Assembly: GCA_003971905.1 (NCBI GenBank)
Contig: RSEE01000004.1
Location: 620,001-684,000 of the forward strand
Source of the DNA: Moniliella sp. 'wahieum'
Taxonomy: Eukaryota
Reading direction: 5' to 3'
Length of the DNA stretch: 64,000 nucleotides
The notes under the pieces were generated by a model. The model was not told where the DNA came from. It did not search any database and saw only the letters and a list, made by a program, of their open reading frames with translations. Position numbers and translations under genes: made by a program. Below are positions 49,724 to 62,322 of this stretch, piece by piece (position 1 is the first letter of the stretch; every line of letters starts with the position of its first letter).

Positions 49724-52700
49724 ATGTCGGGCAACGTCAAAGTCGTTGCGCGCTTCCGCCCTCCCAACGCGCTCGAGTTGCGCGAGGGCGGCGACATTGT
49801 CGTCGACTTTAGCGCAGTCAATCCCACTGACCCTGGCGAACACACGATCAAGCTCCTTGGCTCCACCAACTCGGACGCGCTCAATGGCTTCACCTTTGAC
49901 CGCATCTTCCCCATGGGCACCCCCAGCGCGACGTTTTCGAGTTTGGGATTCGCGACACGGTAGACGGTATGCCACCCTCTTCCTTTTCTCGTGGCGCTTG
50001 CATGTACCACCCTGCTGACTCTATTCGTCAGATGTGGTCAACGGCTACAATGGCACCATCTTTGCCTATGGCCAAACGGGCTCGGGTAAGACGTTTACCA
50101 TGATGGGCTCGGACATTGACGACGAAAACACCAAGGGTATTATCCACGCATTACCGAGCAAATCTTTGAGTCGATCATGGTCTCGCCGCCAAATCTGGAA
50201 TACTTTGTCAAGGTGAGCTACATGGAAATCTACATGGAAAAGATCCGCGACCTGCTGCAACCACAGAACGACAATCTTCAAATCCACGAGGACAAGGCCC
50301 GCGGTGTCTATGTCAAGGGATTGACCGACGTTTATGTTGGCTCAACGGGTGAAGTATACGAGATTATGCGGCAGGGAAGCTCGGCCCGGGTCGTGTCCTA
50401 CACCAACATGAACGCCGAGTCCTCCCGCTCCCATTCGATTTTCGTCATCAGCATTCAGCAGCGCAACACCGAGACAGGCAGCTCCAAGACCGGCAATTTG
50501 TATCTCGTCGACCTGGCTGGTAGCGAAAAGGTGGGCAAGACGGGCGCCAGTGGCCAGACGCTGGAAGAAGCCAAGAAGATCAACAAGAGTTTAAGTGCGC
50601 TCGGCATGGTGATCAATGCCTTGACCGACGGCAAATCGGGGCACATCCCTTACCGTGATTCCAAACTGACCCGCATCCTGCAAGAGTCCCTGGGTGGTAA
50701 CTCACGCACGACTCTGATTGTCAACGCTTCCCCCTGCTCCTTCAACCAAGAGGAGACCTTGTCGACGCTTCGGTTTGGTGTGCGTGCCAAGAACATCAAG
50801 AACAAGGCGCGTGTCAATGCAGAAATGTCGCCCGCCGAGCTGCGGCAGGCCCTCAAGAAGACCAAGGCCGAGGGCGGACCGGTACAAGGCCTATATTGCG
50901 GCTCTCGAGGCCGAGATCAAGATCTGGCGTGCCGGGGGCAAGGTCGCCGAGGCCGACCGGGCCGACGCAACCAAGCTGGGTACCTCCGCGCCTGGTCACC
51001 AGGCCACGGGAAGCGCCGCCTCCACGGGCACCAGCAAATTGTCTGCACCGAGCAGCAAAGACTCGCCGCGTCCCACCAGCCCAGCAGTGGAAGGGCTCAA
51101 AGAGCTTACTTCCCGCCCCGATACGCCTACGGTCGTTGGTCTTGACAAGGATGAGCGCGACGAATTCTTGCGTCGGGAGAACGAGTTGGCGGACCAGGTG
51201 ACGGAAAAGGAGGCAGCGCTCAAGCTTGCTCAAAACCATCTCGCCGAGGTCCAATCCGAGCTTGCCTTCCTCCGTGAACAGGAAGAGACGTTCAACAAGG
51301 AAAACAAGGCGTTGACGACAGAGATGAACGAGGTCAAGCTCGAACTGGAGCGGATCCGGTACGACAGCAAGGACTCGACGATCATGATGGACATGCTCAA
51401 GGAGCAAAATGCCGAGTTGACCGTCGAAGTGGAGGAGCTGAAGAAGAACTTGGCTGCCGAAACGACGCAAAAGACGGCCAAGGATGCAGCCCAAGAAGAG
51501 CGCAAGGAACGCAAAAAGCAGAAAAGATGGCCAAGATGTTGGCTGACTTTAGCTCGGGCATCCTTACCGAGCGCGAGGAGCAGATTCGCGCCACCCTGCT
51601 CAAGCTTGAAACGACCGCTGGCGCGCTGAGCAAGGAGGACATGGGCATGGTCCGGGAGCAGCTGCTCGAGTCGCAGACGCTGGTGCGGGAGCAGCAGGAA
51701 CTGTTGACGCAAGCGCAAGAAGAGAACGATTTGCTGCTCCGGCGTGAGGAGACCGAGGTGCGCCTGATGGAGCTCGAGACGGAATACGAAGAGTTGATTC
51801 AGCGCCAAGTGCGTGAGGCGCAAGCTACGCACCAAGGCGGCGATGTGGAGGCTTTGGTGGAGGATCTCAAATCCAAGCTCGAGGTGCAGTATGCCAACAA
51901 GCGCCAAGCGCAAGCCGATGCGTTACCGACTTGCAACACCAAGTCGACGTTAAAGCCAAGGAGGTTGCCTCTTTGCGTGCGGCCAACGAAGAGCTGAAGA
52001 ATAACAACGAGGAGCTGAAGCGTGCGTTTGCCATCACAGCGGCCGGTGTCGAGGGCGGCAAGAACCTCGCCGAGTCGGCCCGCGAAATGGAGCGGGTGCG
52101 CAAGACGATGGCCAACCAACTGGCCGAGTTTGACCTGATGAAGAAGAACTTGATGCGCGATCTGCAAAACCGATGCGAAAAGGTCGTGGAACTGGAACTG
52201 TCACTGGATGAGTCCAAGGAACAGTACAACAATGTTTTGCGTTCCAGCAATGCCCGCACCCAGCAAAAGAAGATGGCGTTCCTCGAGCGCCAACTGGAGA
52301 ACTGGTCGATGCACAACAACAGTTGGTTGCCCAAAATGCGGCGCTCAAGACCGAGGTGTCGGTGGCCGAACGCAAGTTGGTCGCACGGCAAGAACACATT
52401 CGTGCACTCGAAGCGTCGCTCACCGAGTCGCAACATAAGCTCGCCGCGCAGAATCGGAGGTACGAGCAACAGATGGAGGCGGTGCGGACCAAGCTGGCGC
52501 ATGCGCGCGAAGCACGCGCTTTGGCCCCGGCCAATGCCTACGGGCGGATCGCCAAGCTGCCGGCGGTGGCGGCGCTCCTCTGCCGGTTCAACAGCCTGGC
52601 GCGCCCGTCGCCGTACCGCGCGGCGCGGCAATCACCCCGGCCCAAGCGCAAAGCCACCAACGTACCGCCTCTACCCTCGCCTCGCCTCCCTACGGCGAGC

Positions 52701-52786
52701 CAGGCTCCTTGCGCACCCGTCCCGACGCGGGCAACTCGATCAAGAGCCGCTCCAACTGGTTCTTCTCCACATCCAAGCAGGTGTAA
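49724..52786 (+). CDS. KIN1: Kinesin-1 (conventional kinesin heavy chain); intron and several frameshifts
   Basis: [14 protein letters not shown]-loop [50 protein letters not shown], coiled-coil stalk, [16 protein letters not shown], tail RIAK motif, ending [10 protein letters not shown]. Confidence 0.96.
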
Positions 52787-53630
52787 TCACCCAACCGCTT
52801 GCTCGAACAGCCTGCCCCTTGTTGCTGACGCACTCGACTCGCACCAACGCTGTCTGTCGTATCGACCGTGTGGTGGGTTGGTTGAACGTTGAACGGCTCG
52901 GCCCCCTCGCTCGCGTACGCGTCTGCGCCAGCCCAAGCTTGACGGCCAACGTTGGCTGCCGGATTGATCCATGATCCATGATCGATGGATCGAGGGTCAA
53001 GCAGACGGGAATGCAATGCTGTTTCGGCTCATACCCTGGGGTCCCGCTGCCCTGCCTTTTGTGTCCTTGCCCTTGCCCTTGTCCTTGCCCTGCTACCTCT
53101 CTCGCCCACTGCTCCTGTGTTGGTTTTGGCCCCATGCATTCTCTTGTACGAAGACTTGGATCGTATGCATCGTAGATATGCGGTGTGTATTTATGGTTGG
53201 CGGGGGCGGACCGTACACAGGTACACCACAGCACGATCGCAGGTAGCAGAGACAGCAGCAACAGACCAGGGAAAAGGGGTGCAAATGGTACCAGATATGC
53301 ATGAGAAGAGGAAGAGAATGGAGGCAGGCTTCGTGGCAGGGCACGAAAAGAAAGTGGAAGAGGGGGAGAAAGAGAACGCATGCGGGCGAAAGCGGGGCAT
53401 GGCATTGCATAAAGTAGAACATGAAGGGGAAAAGAAGGGAAGAGAAGAGACAGATGAGTGGCAACTGGCAATTCAACTACGCAAGACATCCAGGTGCGAC
53501 CGAGCTAAGACCGGAGGGTGATGGATCGCGTTTTTCCCGGCGCATCCGCGTGAGCAAGACGAGCGAGCTGCCACGCGTGCTTGGCCCTGGGGCAAGAGAG
53601 GAAGCGGGCAGAGGAGAGGGAGAGAGGGGG

Positions 53631-56600
53631 CTACCCACTTTCGCGGGACAGCTGCGTCGCCGCCGATTGGCGCCAGGCCAACAACATCGACGTCCGCATC
53701 GACTCGTCGTCCACCTCGTGCAACGACGACAAGGGTTGGCCCAACACGTACCGCTCGCACGTCAAGTCGTACGCGTCGGGGTTGAGCCATTCGCGACTCG
53801 CAGGCTCGGGCGGCGGGGCAGCCGTGGCCATCGCCATGGCCATCGCCATGGAATGCGATGACACGCCCGTCTCACCAGCAGCGTCGGACTCGCCGTCGTG
53901 CCGGTTCGGGGATCCCCCGACCAGGACCCAGCCTCGCCGCAGGCGCCTCTTTGCGCAGCAGCACAGGCAGGCGCGGCAGCGCGTGGTGCAGCGGATGGCT
54001 AGCAGCCAAGCTGGCGTCGGTCGACAAACGATCGTGTCCAGTGCCGAGGGACGCGACGAAGCGGCAGGCGGCGTGGGTAAAGGCCGCGCTGACCGCGCGG
54101 GCACAGCCTTCTCGGCGCCAGGCAGCGGGACCGGGACCGGCCCCACGGCGCCAAGGGGACGCAAGGGCGGTATCGGACACGGTACGCCCTCGGCGTGGTA
54201 CAGGCCCAGGCCCAGGCCGGCACCGGCACCGACACCGGCACAGGCATCGAACTTGCCGAGGTCGGAAACGATGGCGCGATGGAGTCGCACGCGGGAGGAG
54301 TGGATGCGGCGCTGTGCGTCGTGGCGGCTGTAGCGTCGCTCCCGTGAGAAGGGGCTACAGAGTGGGTGTGCGAATGCGAGTGCGAATGTGAGTGCGAGTG
54401 CGAGTGTGAGGGGGGAGGGGAAGTGGTCGAAGCATACGAAGGCGCAACAACGCCCGTGTGCCGAGCAGCGCTTGCGTCCCACCCTGTGCCACCGCAGGCA
54501 CCGGTCGGGTACGGTCTCCTGGCGCAGAGGGGCGAGGGAGGCAGGTGCCGGAGCCGGTGGAGATGAAGCCGAGGCGGGAGGATCGGATGGAGGCGGGCCC
54601 TTCTAAAGCGCCAAAGGGAGGCCAGCTTGCCTTTCCGGCCGCCTTTCTTCTCTGTCGCAAGTACTGGTTCTGATGTCGGGACCGGTCGAGGCGGTGCGGA
54701 TGTCGATGCCGATCGAGGTGGGGCGGATGTCGATGCCGATCGAGGTGGGGCGGATGTCGATGCCGATCGAGGCGGGCTGATGCCAGGGGCGATCGAGGCG
54801 GTGCTGGTGTCGCCGGTGATGCCTGGGCCGGCATCCGTCGAGGCTGAGCAACCGGGGCTGAAGAAGGAGGCAGACCTGCAGAGATGCTGTGAGCCGACGG
54901 CGATGCGGGTAGCAGCCACCTTGGGTGAGCTGGACCACGTCCAGCGAGCCCATGGCCGTTGTTTGCGCGGCTTGCGCTCGTCGACGGACTGTTCCAGCGC
55001 CGTGCGGCAGGGCAGCGGGATCTTCTCAGCCACAACAAACCATGGTCGGACCGGCTGTCGTCGGTAACGGTCGCCGCCGGACCAGGCAGGTGGAGCAGAA
55101 CCCAGTTGGCCGGCCGGTGCAGAATGTCTGTCCGCTCGCTCCACCCTCCGCCCAGCAGACAATCGGCCCAGACCTGGGCAAACAGAGGGTCAAACCCCTT
55201 TGGGTCGCTCGCATGCACGCTTTCCTCCTCGTGCAACGCGGGCAAACGGTCTTGCGCCGCCTCGTACGCTTGAGCCCACGCCGATTTCTCCGTCGGCCGC
55301 GGTTCCCACCCCCCCGCCGCGTCGGGAAGGGCCAAATGCAAGCTCGCCCGGCCCGAGCGATAAAAGCCTTCCTGGGTAAAGTCGGTCCACAACATAGTCT
55401 CGGGCCGCGCCGACGCTGCGGCCGGATTGTCGAAGCGTGAACGCCGTTGGGTCGTCCGGACCAAATCCCTGCGAGGCAAATTGACCCCAGGCCACTTGGC
55501 CAAAGGTGGTGCCCTTGGCACGGCCGCGGACCCAGAGGCAGATCCTGGACTGGAGCGTGGCCTGGAACCAGCTTGTGCAACACGTCCGACCAGTGCGGCG
55601 CGCCAGCTGTCTGGGCCAGATGGGTCTCCCACACACTCCACGGCGGGTCGCAGGCAGTGGAGAGGAGTTCGGGGCTGAACAAGCGCACGGCGCGTTCCAG
55701 GACAACGATGCGTTCTAGCGTAATGTGCCGTGGCAGCTGGTTGAGGTCAGAGCGGAGGCCATGCGGGTACTTGAGCACGTGCTCCTTGAGCCGCGGTGGT
55801 AGGCCCGTTACGCTGTGCGACAGGTGGCGCACGTAGGCTAGCAAGAGGTGCTCGGCAGCGTTGCTGGTACGGACATAGGCGAGGTAGGTCTGGTCAAACG
55901 AAGCATCGGTTGGCAGACCAAAGAGCAGCGGACCAAACATGCGTCCGATCCGCGAGGAGGTCATGCCGTTGGTACTGGAATGCGCCGCCACCGAGGAGAG
56001 CAACGAAAAGAGCGTCCGTAGCAGCTCGGCCTCGTTCGGGCCCAGACTCTGGACGAAGAGGGCAAAGGCAGAGGTGGGGTAGCCAGCACCTACGAAGGCA
56101 CGCAAATGAGTGTCAGAGAGAGATGAGAGCAAAGGGGGCTGAGGGGGGTTAGGCGGGGGGGGGGGTACGACTCACGCCGCTCGTCTGCACGCCATTGGAG
56201 ATACATGGTCATCAACAGAAAGCCTCGCTCGCGCACGTACGGCGCAGGGGGCGAACGCGCTTTGGAGCGCTTGGCAGGCTCGGCTGAGGCGGAAGGCAGG
56301 GCGATGCGCTTGGACACGCGGCACAGTGCCCACTTGACTAGCGCACTGAGGTCATGTGGGGTAGCGATGCGTGCTTCGCGGACAAAGCGGGGCGGCAGCG
56401 GCTGCTGCGGGGGCGGGATGATGGGTACGACCTGGGCCGCCGGCCCCGACAGGGGGCGGCGGGTAGCTGGAGGTACGGGCCAGCAGCGCATCGCAGCCCT
56501 CGACGGTCTGGTCCATGGCTAGGGCAGAGAAGAGCAGGGGAGAGTCGAGGCCGCGCTCGCGGAGCTGGGTGGCACACGCCTCGACCAGCGCCGCGGCCCG

Positions 56601-56723
56601 GACAGTGTCGAGCTCGACATGGAGGCCGCGACGAAAGTACCCGTCTGCAGGCGCGGCGAGCTGGGCGGTGCGAGCGAGGGTGTCGAGGGTGCCGGCCAGG
56701 CCGCGGCGGTCGCTGGGCGGCAT
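53631..56723 (-). CDS. Msb1/Mug8 (DUF1708, RhoGAP-like fold) domain protein with low-complexity tail
   Basis: LVEACATQLRERGLDSPLLF, HDLSALVKWALCR, YLQWRADER, LLRTLFSLLSSVAAHSSTNGMTSSRIGRMFG, SNAAEHLLLAYVR and LPPRL match my recollection of the fungal DUF1708 pattern. The 3' end is uncertain. Confidence 0.65.
54686..54773 (-). repeat. 27-bp coding tandem repeat, about 3 copies (SASTSAPPR)
   Basis: TCGAGGTGGGGCGGATGTCGATGCCGA units visible. Confidence 0.9.
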
Positions 56724-58134
56724 GGCGTCGCGTGGGAGGAGATGGGGAGGGGAAGGAGGGAGATGGAGATGGGGATGGGCAAGCCAAGCCTAGCCAAGCC
56801 AGGGGCGCAAAGCACGGGCAGGAAAGAGTAGGTTATAGGAGGCTCACTTGAGCGATGATGATGCCATCCATGTCCTCGCTCCGCTTGAGGAGAATGGAGC
56901 GCCGTGGGCTCCATCGGCTAAGGCAGGCAGAGCAGGCGAGTTGGAGACTCAGCCGCTCAGTACCAGTGCCCGTCGCAGTCTGACGCAGCAGTCACTCGTC
57001 ACTGGTCCAGTCAGGCTCCGCCTCAGCCGCAGGGCACACCCCACACTGCTGATGTGCCCCACCCGCCGAGCACCCTACATTCCCACAGCAGCACACTGCC
57101 CCCGTCCGCCCCCGCCTGCCCCTCCGTCTCCGACACGCGACTGTGCTGCGGCGCCCAGCGGCACACACGCCCGCACGGGGGCAGTGGGCGCCACCGAGCC
57201 ATCTGCATCACGCATCATGCGTCGCAGCACTGTCCCCTCCGCATCCACCAGTGTCCGCGTCGCTCAGCGGCACGCCAGCCGCCGCTGCGTTCGTTCGCCC
57301 TCTTATTAGACCGTGCACGCTCAAAACCTCGGCAGGCGATTCCCTTCAGGCTTCAAGCTCCAAGCAGCCCAAGTCCACTCATGTTCTACAGCACCCGTGT
57401 GCTGCAGCGACTTTATTCCAATCCACCCTCTTCGTCTTCTGACCTGCCGCGCGGGCTGGCTTCCACAGCAGCCTCATCTCAGATCTCAGATCCCGTCGCA
57501 GCGGGCTGCCCACATCCGACTCCACAAGTGCCCGCGTCCATCCGTCACACGTCACGCGCCAGATCTATACGAGTGGCACTGGAGGCTAGTCACAGAGTTA
57601 GTAGTCCTATATAGTCAGTCACCTTGAAAGTCCGGGCCAATCGGAACCCAAAGCCCAAACACCAGTTCGTCTCTGCCCTTCTCTACCCCCGCCAAAGGCC
57701 ATAGCAGTGTGAAGACCATTTTTGAGCCTGTTTCTCCAACCGGGGCCAGGAGAATAGACTCTCGGTCCCTGTTGTGTGCTGCACGTATTTTTGTTTCTCT
57801 CTAGAAGTTGATGGGCCCTTTACAATCTATATAGAGTCTGGACCCACTAAGGGACGAGGGGGGTGCAGAGGGGAAGTTGCAGTGTGAAGGGTAGAAGAAA
57901 CGCCACGCACAGTTGATATATACCACACGGCAAAGCAACACAAACACAAACACGCCGCACGCCAAAAAACCACCACAGGCCTGTGCATAACCTCAAAAGG
58001 GTGCCTCCTTTTCAGTACAAACGAACAACACACGTCTCCCGAACACACAAACATATATGGCAACAGTATTGGTAACGTTGTCTTGATGCGTCTCTTCATC
58101 TTCTCTTGTGATGCATAAAACGCGTTCAACGTTT

Positions 58135-58182
58135 AACACGGATGTGCCAAAACACGGATGTGCCAAAACACGGATGTACCAA
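58135..58182. repeat. 16-bp tandem repeat, 3 copies
   Basis: AACACGGATGTGCCAA twice, then AACACGGATGTACCAA. Confidence 0.92.
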
Positions 58183-60634
58183 GATGAAGAGGCAGTTTGT
58201 CCTTCGTCCGTGGCCGAGATGATAAGCACACACGACCTTATTGTGTATTAGATACGGTCATATGCTATAGACCATCTACCCCTGTTGCGTACCCTTCTCT
58301 AAGAAAGAGTTCCCCTCCTTGTTTCAGTGAGAGTCCACTGCCCCCCCTTTTTAGAAGAGTGAAGATGGGTCCTGTGGAGATCTGAAGATGGGGCTCCCTC
58401 GAGCCTGATTCAATCGCATTGGTGGTGCCGGTCGTGGTGGTGTTGTGGCCTAAACGGGAACCACAATGGAACTATTTCCCACATAGGCACATCAATAAGC
58501 GGCCAGTCGCCATCTCGGGCCTGGCTGATGTACAGCGAAGACAGAAGCGAGAGAAAAGAGTGGAGCTCCGTCTCCTTAGCCTGAGGAGGGATTAAAGAGA
58601 TGACCTTGACCACAAACGTACGCAGAAGAGTCGCCCTGTGGGACGTTGGACCACCGTGACCACAACTGGGCCATCAACTGACTCTTTCAAATCCCATTGT
58701 CCCTATATGGTTCGTCTCTCCTTCTTTTTGAATCCGCGAGAAGGAATACGGGGAACCCCGAGACCCAATTAAGGGCCCTCAAGCCAGGAGGCGAAAGGCA
58801 GTACACTCTCTGCTCCTTCGAGCACATATGAAGGGTATCGAGCGCTTAAGAAAGTGACCGCGATATACAATACTGGATGCCATACAGCAAGGCAGTTTGT
58901 GAGCGTCAAGCAAAAGCATTTCAAGCCTCCACTCTTCATCCTTCCAACTCATGGACGCAAAACCTGAATGGGAAACAGGTTATTCAAGCGACTTGCAGAG
59001 TTGGTGCTGGAAGCCATATCCAGTTTCTCATTTCACTCATGGGCAAGTCTTTATCACAACCTTCGAAAAGGCCAACGACGACCCTATATGGCTTAAAGGC
59101 CTCCTCGCCCGCTCGCCTCTCCCCCTTTTTCCCCTTTCGTGTTGTCACGTCAACATATAGACCGATACCGCTGTATCTGTTGTGAGCCTGCGTCTACTCC
59201 ATCCATTGTCTTCACGTGTTCGCTTTCCCTTCTCCGTCTTCTGTGTCCACGACCGACACTGTTTCCCGTTGGTTCATCGTTCGCCCTCTCTCCGTAGTGC
59301 GCGCGTAATCAACTCCGTATAATAGCTCATCCAGTAGACCACTAGAGGAAATGTAATTGCGGGGCCAGTTGGTCACGGTGCACAACAAAAGATTGTCATA
59401 GGGCACATAACCCCTAACCCTTCCCCTTTCGTTATCTTGTCTCGTTGTATCTTTCCAACATACCAACCATCGCCCGTACCGAGAAAAAAGGGGGCGTGGA
59501 GGTGACTGGTGACAGCCATGCAGCTGGAAGTCCTAACAGGAACGGGGAGTCCATATGATCTCTCACGCATGCAGCATTGCCCCCCGCGCCCTACTGCTAT
59601 ATAGATGCACCCTTCTAAAATATCCGCGCCTCGACAGGTCTCATTTGCAAGTGCTTTTCTCTTGCTTTTGGTGGGGGGAGCAGATATGTCAAAGACGATA
59701 CACTTTCCCTAGCAAGGAAAACAGGGCAATGAGGTATGGATGTCAGCCATAGCTTGGTTTGGAACTATTGCCCCCCCCCCTCTTCCGATCGGTACCAGGA
59801 GAGCATCAGGAGACGCTCAGAGAGATTAGGGGAAGGGGCACTTAATTTCCAGGCGCTTTCTTCTGCTGTTGCAATGGCCAAACCAATGTGTGGGGGCTGT
59901 TACATGTTATGACAAAAGTCGCCTTTACGTTGCAGGTGGCCGGACTTGCCGAAAGAGAGGAGGCCAGAAAAGGGGAAGACAGAACGTGGGCTGAGCGCTG
60001 ATCGAAACGACGGACGGACGTTGGGGTTGAAGGGTGAACGTTGACGCGTTGACGGGGCAAGTGTGGTGGTCACAGGAAGGGGATGGGCAGTGCGGGATGC
60101 GTTCAACGTTCAACGTTAAACAGCTGAGGCGGCGGCGCCGTTGGTTGCGATCGGCCATGCGAATAGAAGAGGGGGCGTGCGATGCCACAGCACAATGTGA
60201 AAGGGCGAGGCAGGAGGGGCAGGGGGCAGCAGACACGCGGCACGCAGCACGGGGCCCCAGTGCGCTGGTCGCGGGTTGGTCAGGCACGGGGCCACTGGGC
60301 TTGCCCCCCTCGGGAGGGCCGCAGGCGCAGTGTCGAGCGCGTGATGCCGCCCCGTGCGGGCGGAGGATGGGGCAGGGCGCCTGTGGTGGTCTGGGGGCGC
60401 GGTGCGGCGCGCGCTGCGGCTGTCTGGCCGGAGGCGGGGGGCGGATAATCCGCGCAAACGCAAGCCAGGCCGCAGACGCCGACTTCCATCGCCTGCTCGG
60501 CGTCCAGCCAGCCTCCTGTCGCCTGCTGTCTGTGCTGTTACTACCGCTTCTGCTACTGCTGCTGCCGCTGCTGCTGCTGCTGCCTTTGCCTCCGGCTGCC
60601 CCCCTCTGCTGTTCTGTTACGCCCACCCACGCCC

Positions 60635-61380
60635 ATGTCCGAGGTCCACCCGTCGCAGCAAACCATCAAGTGTGCGTCTCTGCCTCCTTCCCGCAGCGGC
60701 CGCCGTCTGCTACTCGGCACGCCGCCCTGTGCCCCCTCCCCACCCCCCTGTGTCCTTCCCGTCCGCTGAACCCTCCGGCTAACCCCCGCTGCCTTCTTTC
60801 TCCGCTGCTGCGCAGGCGTCGTTGTGGGAGATGGTGCTGTGGGAAAGACGTGCTTGCTCATCTCCTATACCACCAACTCCTTCCCCAGCGACTACATTCC
60901 CACCATCTTTGAGAACTACTCGGCTCAAGTCTTGGTCGATGGCAGACCCGTCCTCCTTGGCCTGTGGGACACGGCGGGTCAGGAAGACTACGACCGGCTG
61001 CGCCCGCTCAGCTACCGCAGACCGACGTGTTCTTGATCTGCTTCAGTCTTGTGTCGCCGCCGTCGTTTGAGAATGTGAAGAGCAAGTGGTGGCCCGAGAT
61101 CACGCACCACGCACCCCAAGTTCCCGCCCTGCTGGTTGGGACCAAACTGGACTTGCGCGACGACCGAGACACGTTGGCCAAACTGCGCGAGCGCCGGATG
61201 GGACCCATCTTGTATGCCCAGGGCTCTCAGTTGGCCCGAGAGATCGGAGCGGTCAAGTACATGGAGTGCTCGGCGCTGACCCAAAAGGGCCTAAAGGGCG
61301 TGTTTGACGAGGCGTTGCGCGCGGTCATCACCCCGGCCCCGCGCAAGCAACGAAAGAAGAACAATTGCCAGATCTTGTAA
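60635..61380 (+). CDS. RAC1: Rac-subfamily Rho GTPase (intron 60672-60815; 1-bp deletion near 61016)
   Basis: [36 protein letters not shown]...[40 protein letters not shown]...[11 protein letters not shown], polybasic RKQRKK and CAAX CQIL. Confidence 0.93.
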
Positions 61381-62322
61381 CCGCTGCCCAGTACCCCTTC
61401 GCCCCCCTCCTCGTCCCCCTTCTCCGGCTGCGCCGCTAGTCGCTTTAAGCGCCCAGAATGCTCGCCACGGCGGTCACAGCTATTTAACTTCTGCCGCCCA
61501 CCGGGGAGGAGCAAGAGCAGGGAATGGTACCATCCCCGGGTTGGAAAGGGGACGGGAAGCCGGATGGCCATCGTCTGCCATCGATGGAGGAGAATAATGT
61601 GCCTCCACCCTCTTCTCTTAACCCCCGCCCAACCTCTTCCTCTTCTGTCCCATCCCATTACCCGCGCATTTTCGCTCAGATCTGGTCCAGGAGCTTCTTA
61701 TCTTAACCTTTCTCCCCTCCCTTCCCACCTTGGCTCCATCTCTGTCAACGTGATTGTCACGCTGCTTTTTCTGTCCCTCGCCTCCCTCCTTACCTCCGCT
61801 CCCGCTCCCGCTCCCGCTCCCTCTGTCCCTTCTGCTCCTGCCTCATAACTGGTGTATCTGTGTGGACGCACGAATTGCCATGACACGCCTCGGTATAATA
61901 GGTGTGGAGCCGCGCTCCTGCTTGCTGCATCTCTCGCTCGGTGGAGGAGGGGCAGGGCTGCTTGTACGAGCCATCAGCCGACGAACGACGTAGGCCTGCC
62001 GCCCTCTCCTACCTCCGTGCTGGCCAGACAGATAGGCAGGGACGGGTGCTCGGGAGAAGAAGCCGCGGTGGCCGCTCGGTTGCTGTGGGCCGACGCGCCG
62101 ACGGCTGCTCCACGCATCGCCCAATCACCCCGCTGGCCGTCCTCCGCCCGGCGCAGGGCACGGGGGCAAGTGACCTTGGCGGCGGGCGGGCGTGCTGGCT
62201 CCCACTGCTGAGCCACCCGAATCACCAATCACCAGTCACCGCCCACACCTGCCCATCCATCCTCCTGCGCTCAGGCCATCGTCCCTCCCGCCTCCATCGC
62301 CCGTACGCTGTCGCCGGCCACC

